Of a stretch of DNA of 64,000 bases, positions 22,095 to 33,340 are shown piece after piece. Position numbers and translations under genes: made by a program. The notes under the pieces are model-generated. The model was not told the origin of the DNA and did no database searches. It worked only from the letters and a program-made list of their open reading frames with translations. The stretch is from an uncultured Enterobacteriaceae bacterium (GTDB taxonomy: Bacteria > Pseudomonadota > Gammaproteobacteria > Pseudomonadales > Pseudohongiellaceae), in assembly GCA_964490145.1 (NCBI GenBank), contig CAZBBS010000004.1, positions 261 through 64,260 of the forward strand. Direction: 5' to 3'. Position 1 is the first letter of the stretch; each line of letters opens with the position of its first letter.

Positions 22095-22133
22095 CAAGAG
22101 GCAAGAGGCAAGAGGCAAGAGGCAACAAGAGCC
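22095..22133. repeat. tandem heptamer array (CAAGAGG)x4 plus a degenerate copy
   Basis: There are four perfect copies at 22095-22122, then CAACAAGAGCC. The array fills almost the whole 40-nt spacer between two convergent stop codons. Confidence 0.9.
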
Positions 22134-22913
22134 TCAGGCAGGCTTGACTGCTCTGGTGGCGATTAGCGCATCAATGACGCCGGTCAGCGCATCTTCTTCA
22201 CCCAGGCTGTCTTCATAGAAGCCGGTTATGACAAGTCCCGCATCACACTGGCCCTGGATCAGATCGTGCAGGGTATGGCCAAAGCAGACCGGTTTGTTGT
22301 CATCCGTCATGAGGGATTTCAATTCCTTTTCGGGCAAATCGGTACTGTCGGCGTAGGGAATTTTGTGGCGGACGGTCAGTTTTCCGTTTTCATAATCCGC
22401 CAGGTCGAAAATAAACAGCAGAGGGTTGATGAATCCGGTCAGCAGTGTGCCGCCGGTTTTGAGGACGCGTGCGGCTTCCTGCCAGACCGGAATAACGTTG
22501 CTGGCAAACACGGTTGAAACCGGGTTGAAGACCAGATCGAACATTGCATCATCGAATTGAGACAGGTCTGCCATGTCGCCCTGGACAACGTGAATGTGCA
22601 GCCCCTCACGCTCTGCGACTTCGGTATCACGAGCCAGCTGTTTTGCTGACATGTCCAGTACGGTGACGTTGGCACCAGCTGCTGCAAGGATTGGCGCCTG
22701 CTGACCACCACCGCTGGCCAGGCACAGGATATTCAGGCCCTCAAGATGTTCGGGAAACCATTCCCGGGGTGTCGGTTTGACCGATGTCAGCTGAATTGAC
22801 CACTCGCCAATGCGCGCTGCCGCAATGGTTTCCGGATCCACGGGCAGGGTCCATTTGTCACCCTTGTCAGCAAGTTCGTCCCAGGCTTTGCTGTTGTACT
22901 GCAATATATCCAT
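22134..22913 (-). CDS. class I SAM-dependent methyltransferase
   Basis: 259 aa with SAM motif I (ILCLASGGGQQAPILA) followed by an acidic residue (VLDMS). Confidence 0.8.
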   Translation of the reverse strand: MDILQYNSKAWDELADKGDKWTLPVDPETIAAARIGEWSIQLTSVKPTPREWFPEHLEGLNILCLASGGGQQAPILAAAGANVTVLDMSAKQLARDTEVAEREGLHIHVVQGDMADLSQFDDAMFDLVFNPVSTVFASNVIPVWQEAARVLKTGGTLLTGFINPLLFIFDLADYENGKLTVRHKIPYADSTDLPEKELKSLMTDDNKPVCFGHTLHDLIQGQCDAGLVITGFYEDSLGEEDALTGVIDALIATRAVKPA

Positions 22914-23024
22914 GATGCTTCCTCAATGAGTGTGCAATATGACACAGTCCGGCCTGTTATTCATTTGTAAGCCGCTCTGTAATTTGGCTACACTGCGGAT
23001 CACTGACCTGCCTGGTGTGTACCC

Positions 23025-24614
23025 ATGCGCGTGTTCAAGAAGCTCCTGATTTTAAGCCATCGTTATATCGGCATCCCTCTCAGTTTTTTGTTTGTGGTGT
23101 GGTTCCTGTCAGCCTTCGTCATGATTTATGCTGGCGGCATGCCTCGTGTTACCCAGGAAATGCGTATAGAAGGTGCCAGGCCTCTCGAATTCAGCCAGGT
23201 CAGTGTTTCTCCCTGGCAGGCGGTTGGGCTTCTTGGATATTCCCCCTTTGAAGCAAAACTGAGGACAGTCCTGGGGCGGCCAGTCTATGAGTTTCCAGAG
23301 CCCCGGTATCCCAGCACGTTTATCTGGGCTGATACCGGTGAATTCCTGAGCGAACTGAGCCAGGCACAGGGTGCGCAGATTGCCGCTGATTTCCTTGATA
23401 TTCCCGTTCAATCCTTGGCTTATGATGGTTTTATCACTGAGCCGGATCAATGGACCATTCCCATCCCCAATGAACTGCCCCTGTTCAAGTACCTGGCTGA
23501 TGATGAAGACGGCACTGAAATTTACGTGTCTCCCACAAGGGCACAGGTGGCTGTCTATACCACACGCCAGAGCCGGCTTCTGGCCTGGCTGGGCACTATC
23601 CCTCACTGGTTTTATTTTGCCGGCCTGCGTGCCAATCAGCCTTTATGGTATGACATCGTGGTCTGGACCTCGGGCATCGGCTGCATCATGGCCCTGCTCG
23701 GGTTGTGCCTGGGTGTTACCCAGTTCCGTAAACATGTCAGACCATTCAGTCTGAAGCGTTCCATCCCCTATCACGGTTTGATGCGTTGGCATTACATCCT
23801 GGGTTGTGTTTTCGGCCTGTTTGCCCTGACCTGGGCTTTCAGCGGCATGCTGTCCATGGAACCTTTTGCCTGGACCAACGGCAGGGGGCTTGCCGTTGAT
23901 GAAGGCGTTTATCAGGAAGGTGTCCTGGAGCTTGATGCTTTCCCTCCGCTGGACAGTGCTCAGTGGGAGAACAGGGTGGATGGACAGATCAAGGAAGTGG
24001 AATTTCGCTGGATAGGGGGAGAACCCTATTATCTGGCCAGCTACAGTCAGCATGATGGCGTTGATATGAGTAAACGTGATCGCCTTCATCAACCGTATTA
24101 CATCATCGGCCAGCTGGAATCGGGCAGTATGCTGGTCAGGGCCCGAGATATGCAGGAACAGACCGGCTTCGATCCCGGTGAACTGGCGGCCAAACTGGAA
24201 GCCAGTGTCGATGCCGCCGTTACAGATTATGCCGTGCTGGATGATTATGACGATTACTACTATTCACGAAATAACCAGCTGCCACTACCTGTGCTCAGAG
24301 TCAGGTTTGATGACCCTGCGGCCAGCTGGGTATATGTCGATCCCCGGAAAGCGGAACTGCTGAGTCTGATTCACAGAAATTCCCGGGTGGAGCGCTGGCT
24401 TTACAGTGGACTGCACAGCCTGGATTTTGCGTTCTGGTATCACAAGCGTCCGTTGTGGGACCTGGCAGTGATCATATTGTTAAGCGGCGGACTGGCTGTC
24501 AGTTGTCTGGGTCTGTATTTTGGTCTGAGACGACTGAAGTCAGATGTTATGCAGCTGGCAGGACGCTTGCGCAAAACCGGGAAGGTTGGCGGGGTTTCCC
24601 GTATATCTTCCTGA
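23025..24614 (+). CDS. PepSY domain-containing membrane protein
   Basis: 529 aa with N-terminal HRYIGIPLSFLFVVWFLSAFVMIY, several further TM helices and a C-terminal …ERWLYSGLHSLDF motif. Confidence 0.75.
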   Translation: MRVFKKLLILSHRYIGIPLSFLFVVWFLSAFVMIYAGGMPRVTQEMRIEGARPLEFSQVSVSPWQAVGLLGYSPFEAKLRTVLGRPVYEFPEPRYPSTFIWADTGEFLSELSQAQGAQIAADFLDIPVQSLAYDGFITEPDQWTIPIPNELPLFKYLADDEDGTEIYVSPTRAQVAVYTTRQSRLLAWLGTIPHWFYFAGLRANQPLWYDIVVWTSGIGCIMALLGLCLGVTQFRKHVRPFSLKRSIPYHGLMRWHYILGCVFGLFALTWAFSGMLSMEPFAWTNGRGLAVDEGVYQEGVLELDAFPPLDSAQWENRVDGQIKEVEFRWIGGEPYYLASYSQHDGVDMSKRDRLHQPYYIIGQLESGSMLVRARDMQEQTGFDPGELAAKLEASVDAAVTDYAVLDDYDDYYYSRNNQLPLPVLRVRFDDPAASWVYVDPRKAELLSLIHRNSRVERWLYSGLHSLDFAFWYHKRPLWDLAVIILLSGGLAVSCLGLYFGLRRLKSDVMQLAGRLRKTGKVGGVSRISS

Positions 24615-24617
24615 GGT

Positions 24618-24639
24618 CCCTGCCTTGCTCAGGGCAGGG
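24618..24639. terminator. hairpin between convergent genes (possible bidirectional terminator)
   Basis: CCCTGCC-TTGCTCAG-GGCAGGG. It overlaps the stop of the minus-strand gene and uses the same CCCTGCC motif as the other gene-end repeats. Confidence 0.45.
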
Positions 24640-25576
24640 TTTCCACTTCCAGATTGAGCACTTCAATGATTCTGGGGAAATTGCCGATATAAAAAGCCCC
24701 CAGAATTTCCCCCTGCAACTGCTGCATGTTGCCCCCGAATTCAGGTGTGACTGATACCTGCAGTGTTTTACCACCCTCCAGAAACTCTGACAGACGGGTG
24801 AGGTAGTCCATGGCCAGGGTTTGCAGTTGGCGGGGAGTGAACAGCAGCATGGTTTGCAGTTGTGCCAACAGCTGCTCCCGGTATTCATCAGCATTCATGC
24901 CCAGTCCCTGGCCCTGAATTGCCAGCATATCCCTGACCAACCCCTGATCCTGGAGCGCGATGGATGCACTGGGAATGTCTGCACGGGCAAGCAGGGTGGT
25001 GTAGGGCGCTGGTGTGGGCGACAGGTTGTCGCTGTACTGGTTGATCTCATCAAGAGCGATGTTATGCATGATAGTGGACGTGCTTAAGCGGAATGAAGCC
25101 GGCAGCGAAATGCTCAAGGCACTATCCAGTCTGGCCTGGTCCTCGGGAACAAAATCATACTGGTAGTGTATTTCCAGGGGCAGGGTATTTTCATTCATGC
25201 GGGTGCCGATATAACTATCCAGTGCCGGACGTGTTGTATTGCCCAGCATCGGCATGCCATTGGGGAAGCGCAAACCCGTTGCCGTCAGTTGCAGGTGATG
25301 AGGCGTTGGATTGAAATAATCAAAATTGGATACCCTGATCTCATCCAGAACGTAATCGTTGCCGGCAGCATCAATGACATGCAGGCTTTGCAAATGAATG
25401 TCTCCCCGGTGGGTTAACGCGACATCCTCATACTCCAGCAGCTGGTACTGCCCACTGTCGACAAAGCCGGCGATGCGTTCGTCCACCAGTGACTTTACCC
25501 TGATATTGGCATACAGGTAGCCGCCAGCCAGCAGGGCGGCCAGGAGTGATGGAATGATCACGAGGAGCTTTTTCAT
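24629..25576 (-). CDS. hypothetical membrane-anchored or secreted protein
   Basis: The internal ATG at 25576 gives MKKLLVIIPSLLAALLAGGYLYA…, a signal anchor. The upstream 105 aa of the track ORF look non-protein-like. Confidence 0.6.
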   Translation of the reverse strand: MKKLLVIIPSLLAALLAGGYLYANIRVKSLVDERIAGFVDSGQYQLLEYEDVALTHRGDIHLQSLHVIDAAGNDYVLDEIRVSNFDYFNPTPHHLQLTATGLRFPNGMPMLGNTTRPALDSYIGTRMNENTLPLEIHYQYDFVPEDQARLDSALSISLPASFRLSTSTIMHNIALDEINQYSDNLSPTPAPYTTLLARADIPSASIALQDQGLVRDMLAIQGQGLGMNADEYREQLLAQLQTMLLFTPRQLQTLAMDYLTRLSEFLEGGKTLQVSVTPEFGGNMQQLQGEILGAFYIGNFPRIIEVLNLEVETLP

Positions 25577-25730
25577 GCTTGCCAGTTTTCCTTTGTTATC
25601 AGGTAAGGGGGGTGCTTTTGCCGGCCCCGGTAACGCGTATGGGGTTTTGCACACATTACGGGATGTTCGGGCTTTAATACGGATCACGGACATAGTATAA
25701 GACCCGCAGATTAACTGAAAATGATTCATC

Positions 25731-26171
25731 ATGGCGATTAAAGTACAAAGCATAGCCCGGCAAAAAAGTGTCGAACCGGTCATGGAAGAGCTTTTTGCCG
25801 GTGACATTACCCTGGCAGAAGGATTGCTCGGGGACTGCTCGGCACTGACGGCAGGTGGAGAAGTGTCTGTTCTGAGCAAGGAGTCCTGGATCAAGGTCTG
25901 TCACGAGGTCAACATAGAGTTGCCCTGGCTGGCCCATGGTGCCAACCTGTTCATCAAGGGTTTTGAATTTCTGCCTACGGATATTGGCCGGACCATTCGC
26001 ATCGGTGAAGCTTTGCTCGAAATAGACCGGGCTATCGAACATCTCCCCGCCCTGGCGCAGCAGGCGCCGGCACTGCATGAAGGTTTGCAGCTGGGGTGGC
26101 GCGGAGGCGTTATCTGCAGGGTGATGCGCAGTGGCAGCATACAGACCGGGGATGATGTGTTTATCGGGTGA
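25731..26171 (+). CDS. MOSC domain-containing protein
   Basis: 146 aa with a beta-barrel MOSC-like pattern ending …GGVICRVMRSGSIQTGD. Confidence 0.7.
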   Translation: MAIKVQSIARQKSVEPVMEELFAGDITLAEGLLGDCSALTAGGEVSVLSKESWIKVCHEVNIELPWLAHGANLFIKGFEFLPTDIGRTIRIGEALLEIDRAIEHLPALAQQAPALHEGLQLGWRGGVICRVMRSGSIQTGDDVFIG

Positions 26172-26200
26172 GGATGTCGTAGACAGTCGAATCGTGAAGA

Positions 26201-27166
26201 TCAGCTGTTTCGGTTAAGCGCTGCTTCTGCCACAGCGGCCAGACCCTGACGAAAGGCGTTGTCCGGCAGGCATTCCAGGCATTTCATGGCATTGTCGATG
26301 CAGTCAGCAGCTCGCTGGCGGGTGTAATCCAGCGCACCTGAATTGATCACGGTTTCCATAATGGCATCCAGCTGTTCCAGCCCACCGGATTCAATGGCTT
26401 TCTCGATGAGCTGCCGGTCCTGTTCAGAACCGTTCTGCATGACATAAATCAGGGGCAGGGTGGGCTTGCCTTCGGCCAGGTCGTCGCCGACATTCTTGCC
26501 CATGGTTTCACTTGAGCCGCTGTAATCCAGCACATCATCCACCAGTTGGAAAGCGATGCCGACTTCGAGGCCGAATTGATGCAGGTTTTCCTGAATTGTC
26601 TTGTCGGCCCCGGCGAGGATGGCGGCGGATTTGCAGGCAGCCGCAAACAGGATGGCTGTTTTGTTGTGGATGACCCGCATGTAGTCATCCTCGGAAGCAC
26701 GGGGGTTGTGCTGGTGGACCAGCTGCAGCACTTCGCCTTCTGAAATCTTGTTGGTGGTGCTGGCCATCACGTCCATGATTTCCATGTTGCCGATATTCAC
26801 CAGCAGCTCGAAAGCCCGTGAATAGATGAAATCTCCTACCAGCACACTGGAGGGGTTTCCCCATTGGGTGTTGGCGGTTGGACGACCGCGACGCATCTCC
26901 GACATATCCACCACGTCATCATGCAGCAGGGTGGCGGTATGAAGAAATTCGATGACAGTGGCCAGGTCGACATGGTCCTTGCCGCTGTAGCCCAGATTGT
27001 TGGCGCACAACAGGACCAGTACGGGGCGCATACGCTTGCCGCCGGCCTCAATGATGTAGTGGCCGATACTTTCAATCAGGGGGACTTCGGAGTGCAGCTT
27101 TGCAACAACGGTCTGGTTGAGCGCGGCAAAGTCATCTGCCACGATCTGTTGGATATGAGAAACCAT
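26201..27166 (-). CDS. ispB: octaprenyl diphosphate synthase
   Basis: It has two aspartate-rich motifs (LLHDDVVD and FQLVDDVLD) and is divergent from rplU, as in many gammaproteobacteria. Confidence 0.93.
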   Translation of the reverse strand: MVSHIQQIVADDFAALNQTVVAKLHSEVPLIESIGHYIIEAGGKRMRPVLVLLCANNLGYSGKDHVDLATVIEFLHTATLLHDDVVDMSEMRRGRPTANTQWGNPSSVLVGDFIYSRAFELLVNIGNMEIMDVMASTTNKISEGEVLQLVHQHNPRASEDDYMRVIHNKTAILFAAACKSAAILAGADKTIQENLHQFGLEVGIAFQLVDDVLDYSGSSETMGKNVGDDLAEGKPTLPLIYVMQNGSEQDRQLIEKAIESGGLEQLDAIMETVINSGALDYTRQRAADCIDNAMKCLECLPDNAFRQGLAAVAEAALNRNS

Positions 27167-27495
27167 AATTTGCCCGAAAAAATGAGTTTCGAATCCTAGA
27201 TTTGGGGGCTTTTAATGTCAAGGAATACGGGTTGTTGAAGCACCGGCACGGCCCTGCCGCCAAAGGCCGGATAGACACTAAAAAATGGGTGTATTGAGTT
27301 GCGTAAAACATGCTGTTCCCGTACAATTCACGCCCTCGTAAGGACCGACCCCGCCCTGTTTGGTGCCTAAGCGCTTGATCAGGCAGAATAAATTGCTGGA
27401 AAACAGGGGTGCAAACAGCCTGAAAAAGCCATTTTTCGGCCGGGGAAGGTAAAGATATTTATCCTTGAATAGCACCAAGGCTATTGGAGCAGACT

Positions 27496-27807
27496 ATGTA
27501 CGCGGTAATTGAGAGTGGTGGCAAACAGCACAGGGTCACTGAAGGTGAAGTGCTGAAACTGGAAAAACTGGAAGCCAGCACAGGTGATAAAGTTGATTTT
27601 GACAAGGTGCTGATGGTTGGCGAAGGCGCCAATGTTCAGATCGGTACCCCTTACGTGGCATCCGGCAAAGTGACTGCTGAAGTCATCAGCCATGGTCGTG
27701 CCGACAAGGTCACCATCATCAAGTTCCATCGCCGCAAGCATCATCGCAAGCAGCAGGGACATCGCCAGTGGTACACAGAAGTTAAAATCACTGGTATCTC
27801 CGCTTAA
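27496..27807 (+). CDS. rplU: 50S ribosomal protein L21
   Basis: [14 protein letters not shown]… from the ATG at 27496, with GGAG 6 nt upstream. Confidence 0.95.
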   Translation: MYAVIESGGKQHRVTEGEVLKLEKLEASTGDKVDFDKVLMVGEGANVQIGTPYVASGKVTAEVISHGRADKVTIIKFHRRKHHRKQQGHRQWYTEVKITGISA

Positions 27808-27894
27808 TTAGCCGAGACGATAGAACAGATTACTGATTTAGCCGTAGTGCCGGATAAGCGGCCAACGGAAGCAACACATTGACGGGAGACCATC

Positions 27895-28158
27895 ATGGCT
27901 CACAAAAAAGCAGGCGGTAGTACTAGTAACGGTAGAGATTCCATATCGAAACGACTGGGTGTAAAGCGTTTCGGTGGTGAGCAGGTTCTGGCTGGCAACA
28001 TTCTGGTTCGTCAGCGCGGTACTCACTTTCACGCTGGCACCAATGTTGGCTGCGGCAAGGACCACACCCTGTTTGCCAAAACTGATGGTGTTGTGAAGTT
28101 CCAGGTCAAGGGCCCGAACAACCGTCGCTTTGTCAGCATTGAGACGGCTAACGCCTGA
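27895..28158 (+). CDS. rpmA: 50S ribosomal protein L27
   Basis: [16 protein letters not shown]…. Confidence 0.97.
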   Translation: MAHKKAGGSTSNGRDSISKRLGVKRFGGEQVLAGNILVRQRGTHFHAGTNVGCGKDHTLFAKTDGVVKFQVKGPNNRRFVSIETANA

Positions 28159-28180
28159 TAGCCGAAAGGCAAGAACACGA

Positions 28181-28210
28181 AAAGCCCTGTCTCTGACGGG
28201 GCTTTTTTTT
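28181..28210 (+). terminator. rho-independent terminator or attenuator after rpmA
   Basis: AAAGCCCTGTC-TCT-GACGGGGCTTT followed by a T8 run. Confidence 0.7.
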
Positions 28211-28251
28211 ATCCTTTTATCCGGTTTTGCACCATCGCCTGCAGCGATTAA

Positions 28252-29493
<1,242 letters not shown>

Positions 29494-29495
29494 CA

Positions 29496-30620
29496 GTGAG
29501 CAGTAGACAGACTCTGACAACAGCTAAAACCTGGGTTATCAAGATAGGCAGTTCATTGCTGACCGATGATGGCAAAGGGCTGAATCGCGAGCGCATGGGC
29601 GCCTGGGTGAAGCAGGTGGCTGCCTTTTGTGAAGCTGGCATTTCAGTTGTCCTGGTGTCGTCTGGCGCTGTCGCCGAGGGTGTGCTGCGCCTGGGACTGA
29701 AAGGGCGTCCAACAGCTATCCATGACCAGCAGGCAGCCGCTGCTGTAGGTCAGATGGGACTTATCCAGGCCTACGAATCCGAATTCCAGAAGTTTGGTCT
29801 GCACACCGCTCAAATTCTGCTGACCCATGATGACCTGTCCAACAGGAAGCGCTATCTCAATGCCCGCACCACCCTGAAAACACTCCTGGACCTTGGAGTC
29901 GTGCCGGTTATCAATGAAAACGACACGGTCGTGACGGATGAAATCTGTTTCGGGGACAACGACACCCTGGCCGGCCTGGTATCGAACCTGATCAATGCCG
30001 ATGTCATGGTGATTCTGACAGACCAGGAAGGGCTGTATGAGTCTGATCCGCGCGGCAACCCTGATGCCAAACTGGTTGATGAAGCCCACAGCAATGATGA
30101 CAGCCTGTTTGGCTTTGCCGGTACCGGTGTCGGCGAGCTGGGCCGCGGCGGTATGCTGACCAAGGTGAAGGCTGCACGACTTGCCGCCCGTTCCGGCACC
30201 TACACCTGTATTGCCAGTGGACGTCGTCCGGAAGTCCTGGAAAAACTGTTGGCAGGCGACCAGATCGGTACACTGCTTCTGCCCGAAAGAAGTCCGCTGG
30301 CCGCACGCAAACAGTGGCTGGCGAGCCATCTCAAGGTCAAGGGTACCCTTGTACTGGATGATGGTGCTGTCAATGTCCTGAAGAATTCCGGCAAGAGTCT
30401 GCTACCGGTGGGCATCAAATCCTGCACCGGACATTTTCAGCGCGGCGAAGTGGTCAGCTGTGTGGATGAGAAAGGCTCACCCGTTGCCCGGGGCCTGGTG
30501 AATTATCCCTCGGAAGAAGCGGTCAAGATTATCGGCAAATCCAGTGACGAGATTTTCAACCTGCTGGGGTATGACGGGGATCATGAACTGATTCATCGTG
30601 ATAACCTGGTGCTTCTGTAA
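29496..30620 (+). CDS. proB: glutamate 5-kinase
   Basis: 374 aa with an amino-acid kinase fold (IKIGSSLLT…) and a C-terminal PUA domain. It has a GTG start and sits in the obg-proB operon. Confidence 0.93.
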   Translation: MSSRQTLTTAKTWVIKIGSSLLTDDGKGLNRERMGAWVKQVAAFCEAGISVVLVSSGAVAEGVLRLGLKGRPTAIHDQQAAAAVGQMGLIQAYESEFQKFGLHTAQILLTHDDLSNRKRYLNARTTLKTLLDLGVVPVINENDTVVTDEICFGDNDTLAGLVSNLINADVMVILTDQEGLYESDPRGNPDAKLVDEAHSNDDSLFGFAGTGVGELGRGGMLTKVKAARLAARSGTYTCIASGRRPEVLEKLLAGDQIGTLLLPERSPLAARKQWLASHLKVKGTLVLDDGAVNVLKNSGKSLLPVGIKSCTGHFQRGEVVSCVDEKGSPVARGLVNYPSEEAVKIIGKSSDEIFNLLGYDGDHELIHRDNLVLL

Positions 30621-31313
30621 TTTTTCGCAAAAATTTTTAAAGGCTTCTCCTGACGGAGGAATTAGTATCTTTTGGCGAAGGAGCAGGTTTTCTCCTGACG
30701 GAGCAGGATTCGCCTGCCGGCGGGGCGTTACTTTCTTTGGCGCAAAGAAAGTAACCAAAGAAAACACTCCCCAAGTCGCCAGGCCTGCGGCTTCCCTCGC
30801 TCCGGACTTTTTCCGGACGGGACCGGCTTATGCCGCGTTGCGGCAGGGACGCCTGAAAAACTCTTGAGGAGTTTTTCTCCCTGGAAAAAGCCCTCCACTC
30901 GGCTGGCTCAGGGGCATAAAACCGTCCAGTTCAACGCTCTTTTCAGAGCAGTGTAATCACGTGATTGGTCGAAGCCCGGGAGCGCCTGTGGCCTGCTGAG
31001 GAGCGGGATACTGGCAGGGGCAACCGGCCAGGGATGGCCGGTTGAGTCGACCCTGAGCCGGGACGGCGAATGTCGACGGTCCCGTCGGCAGTATTCTGCG
31101 ACGAAGGAAGCCGAAGGCCAGGCCACTTGAAGCGGGGTTTTCTTGGTTACTTCTTTTTAAAAAGAAGTAACGCCCGCCCGGAAGGGCAAAACCCACGCCG
31201 GCAGGCAAAAACCCTCCGTCAGGAGAAACCCCGCCCGGCAGGGAAAAACCTGCGCCAGCAAGAGCAAACCCACCCGACAGGGCAACACAAACCGCACCAA
31301 CAAGATCATAAAA
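30621..31313. repeat. about 700-bp non-coding composite palindrome: inverted arms, each with its own perfect hairpin, flanked by degenerate 18-22-bp tandem units
   Basis: Arms 30686-30758 and 31143-31230 are reverse complements (shared blocks TCTCCTGACGGAG, GCCTGCCGGCG, GGGCGTTACT, GTAACCAA). The arm hairpins are at 30727-30755 and 31146-31171. Tandem units of the form CCG.CAGG..AAAACC run from 31171 to 31313. There is no credible ORF. Confidence 0.8.
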
Positions 31314-31506
31314 TTTTTCCGTTAAAGCCCCTTAAAGTCCCTACCTGCAAGTTATCCTGATTTCACAAATCAGCCACTGCCAAAAGACATATCAGTAGAA
31401 AGGTTTCAAGTCATGATGTGTTTGACAGAACACCCCCTCCTCGCTATTTTAGGCAGGCTTTTCACATCGAAAACGCCACCAGGAAACCATCATCAAGGGG
31501 AAGCAA

Positions 31507-32373
31507 ATGGGCAGGATTCAATGCCGTTTTATACTGCTGTTGCTGGCATCATTGACCAGTTTTTCAGCCCTCGCGGAGAAGAATCTCTCCGGTGTCTGGG
31601 TGGGCAATTACAGTGAGGATTTTCCTGACCGATTGCCTGGGCCGGAACTGGGGGACTACGGCGGACTACCTATCAATGAGGCGGACAGAATGCGTGCGCA
31701 GAGCTGGAGTGCCTCGCTGATTGCGCTGCCGGAATACCAGTGCAGAGTGCATCCTTCTGACTATGCCAGCAGTTTTGCCAATATTCGGATCTGGGAAGAA
31801 CGTGATCCGATCAGCGAGGAGCTGATTGCCATTCGCATCCAGCATTTTGCCTGGCAGACTCGCCGCACCATCTGGATGGATGGCCGTGAACATCCCCCGG
31901 AATATGCCCAGCACACCTCCATGGGCTTCTCCACCGGTGAGTGGCAGGGACATCAGCTGAAAATCAAAACCACCCATCTGAAGGAAGGCTGGCTGCGTCG
32001 TAATGGTGTGGCGCGCAGCGATCAGGCCACCGTTACCGAATACTTTATACGTCATGGCGATATCCTGACCTGGACCGTGATCATCGATGACCCCATCTAT
32101 CTGGATGAACCCTTTATCCGCAATCGTGATTACATATATTCCATCGACGCCCAGGTGGGCAGCTACCCCTGCGACCCGGTTATAGAGATGGTCCGTGAAC
32201 CAGGCTACATCCCTCACCACCTGCCTGGACAGAATACTGACATGTTGATTTATTCCCGTCGCCATGACATCCCCCTGGAGGGCGCCATGGGCGGAGCACA
32301 GACCATGTATCCCGAATATGCCGAACGCCTGCGTGATTTGCCCAGGCCCAGTGAACAGGAAGGACAGGAGTAA
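31507..32373 (+). CDS. secreted hypothetical protein (paralogue of 33341..34099)
   Basis: 288 aa with a signal peptide (…SFSALAEKN). It shares the GVWVG…EDF and GWLRRNGV…TEYF blocks with the third gene of the cluster. Confidence 0.7.
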   Translation: MGRIQCRFILLLLASLTSFSALAEKNLSGVWVGNYSEDFPDRLPGPELGDYGGLPINEADRMRAQSWSASLIALPEYQCRVHPSDYASSFANIRIWEERDPISEELIAIRIQHFAWQTRRTIWMDGREHPPEYAQHTSMGFSTGEWQGHQLKIKTTHLKEGWLRRNGVARSDQATVTEYFIRHGDILTWTVIIDDPIYLDEPFIRNRDYIYSIDAQVGSYPCDPVIEMVREPGYIPHHLPGQNTDMLIYSRRHDIPLEGAMGGAQTMYPEYAERLRDLPRPSEQEGQE

Positions 32374-32379
32374 CAGACC

Positions 32380-33330
32380 ATGACGTTTTTCAAGCAAATC
32401 ACAAGCGTGCTTGGCCTGGGCCTGATCCTGGCTGCCCCTTTATCCCGGGCGCAGGATTTTGACAGTGTCGAGATCAAGACGCTCAAGGTACGTGACAATA
32501 TCCATATGCTGGTGGGCTCCGGCGGCAATATCACTGTACAGACAGGCGATGAAGGGGTTCTTATCATCGACACCCAGTATGCCCAGTTGTCCGACAAGAT
32601 TCTCGCTGCAATTCGTGAGCTTTCTGACAAGCCGCTGCGTCACATCATCAATACCCATCACCATGGTGACCATGTGGGGGGTAATGCCAACCTGAAAGCC
32701 GCTGGCTTCACTCCTGTTGGTGGCAATGTTGGCGGTGATCTGGGGGACGCGGGTGAGGGTGCCCGTATTCTGGCTCACGAAAATGTGCTGCTGCATCTGT
32801 CAGCAGATGAGAATGTGTCTTTTGACGCCTGGCCAACCCTGACTTATTTCACTGAGAAGAAGGATTTCTATTTCAATGATGAAGGCATTCGGATCATGCA
32901 TATGCCCAATGCCCACACTGATGGCGACAGTATTATTTATTTCCGTAAATCTGATGTCATCACCACCGGGGATGCCTATATCACCAGTTTCTATCCTTTT
33001 ATAGATATGAGCTCTGGCGGCACAATTCAGGGGTTCATTGATGCGGCCAATGCCATCATCGATCTGATCATTCCGGTATATGGACAGGATGGCGGTACCT
33101 TGGTCATTCCGGGGCATGGCCGCCTGAGTGATATCGGTGATGTTATCAACTGGCGGGAAATGCTGACCATCGTCAGGGATCGTATTCAGGATATGAAGGA
33201 CAGGGGCATGAGCCTGGAGGAAGTGCTTGAGGCCAGGCCAACCTTTGATTACGACCCCCGTTGGGCCGGTCAGGGGATTTTCTCCACTGAAAATTTTGTT
33301 ACTGCAGTTTACACAACCCTGGACAACTAA
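32380..33330 (+). CDS. secreted MBL-fold metallo-hydrolase
   Basis: It has a signal peptide, the NTHHHGDHVGGN (HxHxDH) motif, and later H/D ligands (HTDGDS, PGHG). Confidence 0.85.
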   Translation: MTFFKQITSVLGLGLILAAPLSRAQDFDSVEIKTLKVRDNIHMLVGSGGNITVQTGDEGVLIIDTQYAQLSDKILAAIRELSDKPLRHIINTHHHGDHVGGNANLKAAGFTPVGGNVGGDLGDAGEGARILAHENVLLHLSADENVSFDAWPTLTYFTEKKDFYFNDEGIRIMHMPNAHTDGDSIIYFRKSDVITTGDAYITSFYPFIDMSSGGTIQGFIDAANAIIDLIIPVYGQDGGTLVIPGHGRLSDIGDVINWREMLTIVRDRIQDMKDRGMSLEEVLEARPTFDYDPRWAGQGIFSTENFVTAVYTTLDN

Positions 33331-33340
33331 GGAGCAGACC

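Noticed and set aside
24629-25894. Full 421-aa track ORF for the minus-strand hypothetical gene
   Set aside because: The first 105 codons are Ser/Pro/Arg-rich and overlap the MOSC gene's upstream region. A clean signal-anchor start (MKKLLVII…) exists at 25576, so I shortened the call.
30760-31140. Possibility that the structured core is RNase P RNA, tmRNA or 6S RNA
   Set aside because: I could not find the universally conserved RNase P block (GGAAAGUCCGGGC-like), the tmRNA tRNA-like ends or tag ORF, or a 6S-like single long bulged helix on either strand.
30598-31360. Several 70-96-aa ORFs on both strands inside the 31-kb repeat element (30598..30867, 30908..31126, 30957..31208, 31070..31360)
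   Set aside because: Their translations are low-complexity read-outs of the inverted and tandem repeats (for example FFGAKKVT from the hairpin). They overlap one another and have no start context, so I treat the region as non-coding.
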